This document shows positions 1 through 10,200 of a stretch of DNA of 60,000 nucleotides, piece by piece (positions within the stretch are counted from its first letter, which is position 1; each line of letters starts with the position of its first letter). The translations under genes were made by a program, and so were the position numbers. Under the pieces are notes generated by a model. That model saw only the letters and a list, made by a program, of their open reading frames with translations, was not told where the DNA came from and searched no databases. Location of the stretch: contig CM075989.1 of NCBI GenBank assembly GCA_038087875.1, positions 13,208,001 through 13,268,000 on the forward strand. Reading direction: 5' to 3'. The DNA comes from Malacoraja senta. Lineage: Eukaryota.

Positions 1-408
1 CTTTCCCCTCTGATCTCCTTTACGATGATTCCTCCCTCCCTCCCACCCACCAACCATAAGCTATGCCCATCTGTCCTGGATCCTTCTGGGAATTGGGGAG
101 CGAAAGGATCTGCACTAAAGTGTGGACTAGTACCAGGTGGTTCATTACGACCTCGCATGGACAATTAGGGATAGACAATAATTACTGCCTTCTATCTATG
201 CTCACATCTGATGAATAGAAATGTTGATATCAGATGGAAATAAAGGTGCACAAAATGCTGGAGTAACTCAGCAGATCAGGCAGCATCTCTAGAAAACATG
301 CATAGTTGGCGAATCATGTCGGGACACTTCGGACCAGTATCTTTGCTCCGTCTGCATTCGGTGGCGCTTCCTCTGCCTAAAATTGAGCAACATTGAGCAA
401 GTGTAGGT

Positions 409-967
409 ACACAAAAATGCTGGAGAAACTCAGCGGGTGCAGCAGCATCTATGGAGCGAAGGAAATAGGTAACGTTTCGGGCCGAAACCCTTCTTCAGAC
501 TGATAGGGGGTGGGGAGAAGAAAGGAAAAAAGGAAAAAGGCGGAGGCGGAGCCCGAGGGCCGGGGGAGGGGAGGAGACAACCGGATGGCTGATGAAGGGG
601 AGGGGACAGCAAGGGCTAGCAGAATTGGGAGAATTCAATGTTCAAGCCCCCAGGATGTAGACTGCCCAAGCGGAATATGAGGTGCATTTCCTCCAATTTA
701 CGGTGTTGCTCGCTGTGGCCATGGAGGAGACCCAGGACAGAGAGGTCAGATACGGAATGGGAGGGGGAGTTGAAGTGCTGAGCCACCGGGAGGTCAGGTT
801 GGTTATTGCGGACCAACCGGAGGTGTTCGGCGAAACGATCGCCAAGCCTTCGCTTGGTCTCACCGATGTAGATCAGCTGGCATCTAGAGCAGCGGATGCA
901 ATAGATGAGGTTGGAGGAGATGCAGGTGAACCTCTGTCGCACCTGGAACGACTGCATGGGTCCTTGA
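409..967 (-). mobile_element. 5'-truncated Penelope-like retroelement (GIY-YIG endonuclease 3' part plus hammerhead-bearing tail)
   Basis: ORF 616-957(-) contains NLIYCIRC..C..YIGETKRRL..RF.EH; flanked by a 17-nt duplication ATTGAGCAAG(T/C)GTAGGT at 392-408 and 968-984. Confidence 0.88.
468..501 (-). ncRNA. Minimal type I hammerhead ribozyme motif (Penelope-associated)
   Basis: Reverse strand reads CUGAAGA-A-GGGU(UUCG)GCCC-GAAA-CGUU. Confidence 0.7.
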
Positions 968-984
968 ATTGAGCAAGCGTAGGT

Positions 985-1140
985 GGTCCTTCAGGCCGCC
1001 AGGTGGCGCTATGGTCGCATACGTCACCCTGCCCCGCTGATGCTGGACGCCAGCAACGTGATGACGCCACAACTGCTGTAAACAGGAAGCATCGCTGCTC
1101 AGGCGCCGCAATGCGCATGCGCGCGGAGACGGTGTTGGCC
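985..1140 (+). promoter_or_regulatory. SPPL2A CpG-island promoter / 5'UTR
   Basis: CpG-rich; CTCF-like CCGCCAGGTGGCGC 996-1009, CRE half-sites, GTAAACA, CAGGAAG, NRF1-type TGCGCATGCGCG 1112-1123. Confidence 0.7.
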
Positions 1141-1203
1141 ATGGCGACGGTTCGGGTCCGGCCGGTGGCCGCGATCTTGTTGCTGCTGCTCGGCGTGTTC
1201 CAG
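1141..1203 (+). CDS. SPPL2A: SPPL2A exon 1 (signal peptide MATVRVRPVAAILLLLLGVFQ)
   Basis: GCCATGG Kozak context inside a CpG island, hydrophobic stretch, CAG|GT donor. Confidence 0.85.
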
Positions 1204-4200
1204 GTGCCCAGGGAGAGAGGCCGCTAGCGGTATCTGTGGGCTGCCTATTCGCTCTGGTCGACAGGGAGCCCGTAGGCCATCGGTGTCCGGTCCCCACACC
1301 ACCGTCCCCCCTCCCGGTTCCTCCTCCCTTCGATTCTCTCCCCCACACCCCCCCGTGTCCGGGCCGTGATAACCCCCTGGCCCCAACCGCCCTCCCCACC
1401 ACCCCTGTCACTTGCATCCCCGTCTCGGGCCTCGGGCACAGGCCCGCCCGGGACCCGCAGCTTCATCGCGGGTAGCGGTCGCTTCAGGTCAGTCCCCTCG
1501 CCCTGAATGTTTCCTCCTTCTGTCCAATGCAGGCCGAGGCCCAGGAGGGCATCCTCCGCGCGTCCAGCAAAGAGACCTCTCTCAAAATCCGGGAGTACTG
1601 CATTATTTTCAACGCACAGTGGATGTCGCTACCCAGTACTCTGACCAACGCCGTGAGTAACAGACAACTAAAGGATTGGCTGAAAAGCAAAAAGGGAAAT
1701 AAAAAACCGCGCCCTGCACCTTTTCTGTACTTTTCACAACTTGCCTCTATGTTGAGACATTGGCTTCTGTCTTGTTGTTCCTTGACTCTAACCCCGAGCT
1801 AACCTAACTTAATCAGGTGACCGTCCCTTACATAAATCATAGGAACAGAATTGGGTCATTCTTAATGGTTCTTGATGTTGTCAATTGTCTTTTGGTTTAG
1901 GGATTGCATTATAGGCAGACCCTTATCAGACATTGTGTGTAGGAACTGCAGGTGCTGATTTATACCGGAGATAGACACAGAATGCTGGAGTAACTCAGGG
2001 GCCAGGCAGCATCTCTGGAGAAAAAGGATAGGTGACGTTTGGGTTTCCTCATTTTTTAAATTTCTCTCCATGCTAATTTCTGTTGCCAGTCTTGTCCAAT
2101 GGGGTGAGATGATGTTAGAAAATGCTGCTGTCTCTGAAATTTCTATCTAGCTCCTAAACAGGTCTCATCCTTGTCTGTAACTACATCTCCATCAATCATG
2201 TTCAAACTTGGGCTGATGCAGAGTTGTATGTAATGAGAAAGCAAAACAAAATATTGGCCATAAAGGGAACACATTTTAAATTGTCATTTTTTGAGCAGGG
2301 TGTTTTTTGTTTGTCATGTAAACGGGTCCTTTGGCTCAACATGTCCATACTGACCAAAATGTCCTATTTGGCTTTGTTAGGCCCATATCCCTCTAAACCT
2401 TTCCTATGCATGTATCTATCCAAATTGCATTTAAATGTTCTTATTCTACCCGCCTCATCTACTTGGTCTGGCAGTTTGTTCCATGTACCCACTGTGTGTA
2501 AAGGATGTCTGTCCATTTCCTATTAAATCTTTTCCCTCTCACCTTAAAGCTATGCACTCTAGTTCTTGATTTCCAATTCCCATATCCTGGGTAAAAGACT
2601 CTGGGCATTCACCCTATCTATTCCCCTCACAATTTTACACATTCTGCAAGATTACATTTTTCTTTGAGCAGGTTTGTGTTGATTTGTTACAGACACTGAA
2701 GATAAGTGAAAACTTTGCTCAGTGACATGGTCTCTAATACAGGGTGCCGTGTTTGTCCTTGTATTGAAAGGCAAGCAGGGCTGGGTTGCTCACTCCAGTG
2801 TTGATGCATGCTTGATGCATTAATACAAACTGAACTACACATGTAAAGCTCTGCTCAATGCCAATCCTATAGTTTGCTTCTTGCTGCTACTACTGGCACT
2901 GTCTTCTGTGATTTTGAAGGTTCCTTCTTGGGTCTCTTTCACTATTGATGCTTCTTTATCTCTGTAGACTAATTACCAATTACAAGACCTGACCAGCACT
3001 GAACTCTGCAATTCATCAGATGTGCCTGCTGAGGGTATAAAGGACAAGCTTGTGGTTGTGATGAGAGGGAACTGTACCTTCATTGAAAAAGCACGGGTTG
3101 CTGTGGAGAATCATGCCAAAGCTCTGTTGATTGCCTCTACAAGTCGTATAGTAAGTCGGCATTTGAATAATTCCACATCTCTATTTTTGTTTATTCACTA
3201 AAATTGCCAGCGTGTCATAATGTGCATTTTTAGTTTATCTAAAATACTGTGGCTAAATGGTCCTGTTATCGAACATCAATGGATATTTTCTTGATATTTA
3301 ATAATAGGGACTAAAACTCCCCCCTTCCAACCCCTTCTAACCAGGTGTTAAAGAAGGAACTGCAGATGCTGGGAAATCGAAGGTACACAAAAATGCTGGA
3401 GAAACTCAGCGGGTGCAGCAGCATCTATGGAGCGAAGGAAATAGGCAACGTTTCGGGCCGAAACCCTTCTTCAGACTGCCGGTCTGAAGAAGGGTTTCGG
3501 CCCGAAACGTTGCCTATTTCCTTCGCTCCATAGATGCTGCTGCACCCGCTGAGTTTCTTCAGCATTTTTGTGTACCTTCTAACCAGGAGTGACGTGTTGT
3601 AATTCTCCTTTTGAGAAAGCTACAAATCGGAGTAGGTGTAGGTCACAGCCTATAGAAATCTGTTACTCTGTTTTGAATGTGATGAGTGAGTCAGTCTCCA
3701 CAGCCCTCCAGAGAATCACAAAGGGTCATCAGTGTGAAGAAATTTCACCTTAATTTCAGTTTTATTTGGCATATACTTCACTGGGAGACTGTCACCCTGG
3801 TTTTTGACTCCATGTCGGGGGACCGTCCTTCCTACTTTCACTGTTGAACCCCCTCAGAATTTAGCAGATGTTAACGACTACATCCCATGGACCCCAGAGA
3901 GAAAGCCCAGCCCAGCAACATCTCCTCTCTGGCAGATGTGCCATCCCGGGGACCAGCCGGTGAAGCTTGGCTGCATCCTTCTAAAATATATCCTGTTCAG
4001 ATAAGGAAAACAAAATTATTCTCAATATTCGGGTCTGGAAACATTTTGTTAGGAGGGGAAATCTACAGTGGGGATGGTTTTTATTTGCTGTTATTAAATT
4101 AACTTTGAAGAATGTCTAGTTTGTTCAGAACTTAACCGTTCCTCAAATTCATTTACTGCAAAGCACTATGCTCATCAATGATCTTTTTTTTCAGATTCCT

Positions 4201-7200
4201 TCTCTGGGTAATGCATCTGAATACGAGCAGCTACAAATTCCAGTGGCCTTAATCAGCTATGCTGATGTACTGTCCATGAAAAAGGTAATTTAATTCTTGC
4301 CTTTCTGCTGCTCATTGTGCCTGGACCCCACTGTCGCCTCTTCTCTCTGCATTCTGCTGTACTGCCGCATGGCTGTTGCATGCTCCACCTGACTTTCCAT
4401 GGACCTGGCAGCAAATGAGGTTCAAACTAATGTAAGCATTTATTTTGATTGATGAAAGAAACAGGCCCTTTGGCTCACTGAATCCATGCCAACCATCAAT
4501 CACCCGTTCACACTAGTTCTATGTTATCTCACTTGTGCCTGCATCCACTCCCTACACATTAGGGTCAATTTAGAGGCCAATTGACCTTCAACGTTGTAAG
4601 ACGATAAGATATAGGAGCTGAAAGGCCTTTCGGCCCATCGAGTCTACTCCACCATTCGATCATGGCTGATCTATTTTTCCCTCATCCCCGTTCTGCCTTC
4701 TCCCAGTAACATCTGACATCCTTATTAATCAAGAATCTATTAATCTCAACTCTTAAAATACCCAATGACTTGGCTTCCCAAGCCATCTATGGCAATGAAT
4801 TCCACAGATTCACCACCCTCTGGCTAAATAAACACTTCCTCATAACCATTCTGAAGGTACATCCTTTATCCCGAGGCTGTGCCCTCTGGTCCTGGACACC
4901 GCAAATTAGTGGAAGCATCCTTTCAATGTCAGCTGCATCAAGGTATTTCATTATCCAATAGGTTTCAATGAGTTCCCCCTGATCCTTCTAAACCCAAATG
5001 AGTACAGGCCCAAAGCATTAAAACGCTCTTCATTTGTTAATGCAATCATCCCCGGGATCATTCTCATAATAGTTGTAGAGCTTGGACTGACAAGCACAGG
5101 CTTTGGTTGGAAGTATTGTCGTGGATTTGTTTCCTGGTGGCTCACTTCAAAGGGACAGGTATGGCAAAAAAAGGCGGCCTGTTGTACTGTATGGGTGCAG
5201 GAGGAGATGTGTGATTCTGAAGCAGAACGTGCAAATCCTAATCGCTCCTTGTATAAATACTTTTCGTCTCTTTTCCTCTGATTCCTTTGACACTTGGTTT
5301 AAATTTGTCTGCCTCTAAACACAAGGAATTGGGCGTAGACCTCTTGGCCCCTCAAGCCTGCCCTGCCATTCACTGTGAACGTGCCTGATCTCCCCTTGCC
5401 CTCGACTATTCTGTGCCAGTTTTGCAAAGCCCTCGACTCCCTGATTTTTCTTTCAAAAACATTACGTACCGCCTTTTTAAATACCCCCAATGATCCAGCT
5501 TTCATAACTCGGGGACAGAGAATTGCAGAAATTCACCATATTCTGTACGATCAAATTCCTATCCTCTGTGTTAAATGCCTGCCTCCTTGTCTGAGACTCT
5601 CCCTTTACAACTCTTCTTCATCACTAAATTTACATGGTCGTGCTGTCTTAGGATCTTATGCTGCAATAGGGTCACCTCTCATTCTTCTATTACAGATTCA
5701 ATTTCTTTATCATGTGTTAGAACAAGCCCCACAGACCAGGAATTAGCCCAGTCAATCTTTTGGACCTAGCATATCTAGTCTTCAATGAGGGAGCAGAAAA
5801 TGCTCAGTGCTTCATATGCCATGCCAACTCCCTGGGTATGATTATAAGAATACTTCCCTTTTTATAAACTCCAACCTTCAAGCAACAAGGCCAACATGAC
5901 ATGTGCTGCCTAAACTCCTGTATCTGCCTGCTAACCTATTGTGATTCACGCACAAGACCACCTAGATCCCTCTGTACCTATGTGTAAGATGTTGCCTTTT
6001 CATTCCTCTTACCAAGTGCATGAATTTTAAAGATAGACACAAAATGCTGGAGTGACTCAGAGGGTAAGGCAGCTTCCCTGGAGAAAATGGACAGGGGACA
6101 TTTCAGGTCGGAACACCTCTTCAGTCTGAAGAATGTTTCCAACCCGAAAGGTTGCCTATCCATATTCTCCAGGGATGCTGCCTGACCTGTTGTGTTACTC
6201 CAGCATTTTGTGTCTATCTTTGGTATAAGCCAACATCAGCAGTTCCTTGTTATCAAATGAATATTAAATGTAGTTTGCCAAGTTTGTGCCTATTCAGTCA
6301 CTCGTAGCAGTGTCCAAATATCCTCCTTGCAAGATACCCACCCATCCACCTTAGTGTTTTCAGCAAACTTTGATCCTGTGTATTCAGCCTTTTCCTTCAG
6401 GTCACTTGTATAAATCATGAATAATTTGGGTTGTCTTCAGGCTGAAGGGATTTGACTGGGGGATTACCCCAAGATCAGTTCTTGGTCCCATTTTCCCGAT
6501 ATCAGTGTGATGGCCAGCCTTCGATCCGTGGTAAAGTCTTCGTCTCCCCAGTTCTGCGAACTCTCAGCTTGTGTACCAGCCCTTAATGTAGCATGTTGGC
6601 AAATGCCTTATGGCAATATGTGAAAAATATTCCAAATCACTGACAAAACAACAGCAAACCCAATTCAGATTATTCAGAAAATATTAAACAATACTGATCT
6701 AAACTAGGAGAACTCAATGCTTTTACATTTACGAATTGTGGTAATTTTTATCTTTGGATCAGTCACCTGCCTGGAGAAGGCATTGGCTGTTGGAATCGTA
6801 TCCTTGATGTACCACTTATTAGGTATTATTTTGGTTGTAGGTGCTGGGGAATCAAATTTCAGCCACACTCTACTCTCCTCCCATGCCCTCTATGGACTAC
6901 AGCATCCTGATTGTCTTCTTTATTGCTGTTGGAACTGTTGCCCTTGGAAGTTACTGGAGTGGGATAGAAGAACCGGAAAGGTAAATCGGATCTGTTGAGT
7001 GGTATTGCTTTTTAAGCTTGGCACGTGTTCTTATCAAAGTTAACATAGGGCAGTAAGGTGGCGCAGCGGTAGAGTTGCTGCCTTGCAGCGTCAGAGACCC
7101 AGGTTCAATCCTGATTACAGGTGCTGCCTGTACGGAGTTTATATGTTCTCCCCGTGACCACATGGGTTTTCCCCGGGATGCTCTGGTTTCCTCCCACACT

Positions 7201-10200
7201 CCAAAGATGAACATGCTTGTAGGTTAATTGGCTTCAGTAAAGATTGTAAATTGTCCCTGGTGTATAGGATAGTGCTAGTTTACGGGGATCGCTGAGGACT
7301 GTCTCTACACTGTATCCCTAAACTTAGGTCAGATATTTTCTTTTCTACTGAGTGAGCTTCAGGTTAAGGAGGCTGATTTGCTTGTCATCTCTTTTGCTCT
7401 CTCTCGCTTCTAATCATAGAACAATTGACAAAATTGTATGGGGTTGCTTCTTTAGTCTTTGTGGGTTCTTTTCCCACAACTTGAATCTTTTATTTTAATT
7501 TAGAGGTACAGCATGGAAACATGCCCTTCAGCCCACCGAGTCCATGCTAACCATCGCTCACTCGTTCACACTAGTTCTAGGTTATCCCGCTTTCTCATCC
7601 ACTCCCTACACATTAGTGGCAATTTTGCAAAAGCCAATTAATATATAAACCCGTGTTAAAGAAGGAACTGCAGATGCTGGAAAATCGAAGGTACACAAAA
7701 ATGCTGGAGAAACTCAGCGGGTGCAGCAGCATCTATGGAGCGAAGGAAATAGGTAACGTTTCGGGCTTCATATATAAACCTGCATGTCTTTGGGACGTGG
7801 CAGGAAACCCACATGGTCACAGCTCTGGACAGACAGCATCTGTGGGCAGAATCGAACCTGGGTGCTGTGAGACAGCTGCTCTACAAGCTGCAAACAGTTG
7901 GGATATGCTGTACAACTAACTGCCAGTGGCCCAAATTCCTCGTCACCAGTTTGTTCCTGCAGTCCTATTTCTGTATTTTAGCAGCAGTCTAATTGGTCAT
8001 GTCGTTGTTCTGAGCTTAACAGCTTTACTATAAGATGATAGATTGTACTTTGAAAAATTTAACAAGTGATTGTTTTTAATCTTATTTCTTTTGGGGAAAA
8101 GTGAAAATTTATCAGCTGAATCCAGATCAAGGACCCGGAGAGGGAGTAAGAATGAGGACACGGCAAACATCTTGACTCCAATCACCGTCCTATTTTTTGT
8201 CATCATTGTTATCGTGATGATTGTACTGTTGTACTTCTTCTACAAGTGGTTAGGTGAGAATGTTGTGCATTCAGACATTTCCGTTTATGTAATAAATCCC
8301 AGAGTAAGGAAGGTATAGTACTTGCACTAGAGCCAAGAAATCAACTTGGAGCATGGTATAAAAGTGCTATTGCTTAACCGACTGTTAGAAAAGTAGTAAA
8401 GAATTGATGAACAGTGAAGTATCATTTACTTTGGGAAGGTCACTCTCTGCAAGTTAATGCAATCCCAGTGTAATATGCAAGTTGCACTAAGTTTGTTAAA
8501 TGTTGTGTTTAGCTTTTATCAGTGTGGGCTCTTATTCACAAGGATAGTTGTAAATTGGGAAAAGTTCAAAGTTAGTACTGCAGACTAAACAACAGATGTT
8601 TAGTTACCCCAAAGAGATTATTCGTTTTACGTTTTACTCGAGGTTGGAAGTCTTTTCAAACAAATATGTGGAAATGGTCTTAAGCACAGAACTCTGAGCA
8701 GCTTAAAAATGCAGCAGTACATAGAATGGATGTGTGGAAAACTTACCTCTGCTTGTTTCCCTTAGTGTACGTGGTCATTGCCATCTTCAGCGTAGCTTCA
8801 ACAATCAGTCTCTACAATTGTTTGTCGGCGCTAGTGAGGAGAATCCCATATTGCAAATGCAGGTAAGCTGCCTTTAAACCTTTCATAGTAGTTGAACATT
8901 CTCTTTCAGAAGCAGAAGGACATTGAAGTATCATTTACATCAGTTACAAATGTGCTTGAGTACAGCTTTCAGTCGCTGCACTATAGTACGTTAGTGCTTG
9001 TCTGCGAGCCGTTGTACACAACAGAGTATCGCGTGGTTGTGGCCTACAGATATGCTTTCCGTAACTTGTCTGTGCCCAGAGTTCAGAGAGCAGCATCTTG
9101 CTGCGATTCACCAACATTCACTTGGATCCTATGCCGCCTTGGACCTGACACAGCATTGTCGATGCATGGTTTTTGATAGGATTAAAGTGGACGATGGTTA
9201 AAAATAAGATGCATTCCTTTGCAACTGCAGTTTGTACAGTGTTTTTTTGTAGATTAGTAAAATTCGAAACAAATTTAAATAATTGAGACACAGTGGCACA
9301 GCTGCTGCCTCTCAGCGACAGAGACCTGGGTTTGATCATGACCATGGCTGCTGTCTAAGTGAAGTTTGCACATTCTCCCTGTGTGCATGGATAACACCAG
9401 GTGCTCCGGTTTCCTCCCATATCCCAAAGATGTGTGAATTTGTAATCCTTTGTAAATTGAACCTAGTTTGTACGGAGTGGATGCGAAAGTGGAATAATGT
9501 AGAACTAGCATGAATAGGTGATAGCATGATGGTTGGCATGGAGATAGATGGCAGGCCAAATGCCCTGTTTCCAGGTTGTATCTCTAAACTAAGCTGAAAT
9601 TGTTAAATCTTTCTGTGTCAGCTGACAATCTGGGAGTGGGCTTCTATTCTCAGGCTTGGGAATGTGTTTCCCAGGCAAAGTCCACCCCCAACACACACCA
9701 CCTTCAGCCTCCATGGACATGATGGCCTTTACCTTTTTGTTTCAGCTTCATGTGCAGTAGCAGAAGGATTGAAGTTCGTTTGGTGATGCTCGCATTGTTC
9801 TGTATGTCATTGGCTGCAGTGTGGGTTGTGTTTCGAAATAATGACAGGTGAGTGTCCAGACAGCAAGCTGCCATCAACTGGTGTGTGCTAGTGCTGACCA
9901 CAATGAATGGACCAGCATGCTGTGTGGGATGTTGAGTGTTTGCCTAGAGGAAGAATTGCTAAAAGCAGTGGTATAATAGTTTGAAAATTAGGTCGAGTGC
10001 CAAATTGTTGGAATCGATCACTTTTTCACAAAACAATTAGTCTGCATATGTCTTGGCTATTCAAGTGCCTGACTAAATATTTCCCAAATTTAGGGATTGC
10101 ATCCGATTCCACCACCTGTTCCAGCACCATGTTCTGCATTAATTAGTTTATGCATTAATTTTTTTTACATCCCTTCCTGTGCCCTTTAGTTTTTGGTACC

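Noticed and set aside
7035..7110. tRNA-like sequence with A and B boxes
   Set aside because: It is the head of a SINE repeated several times in the window, not a tRNA gene.
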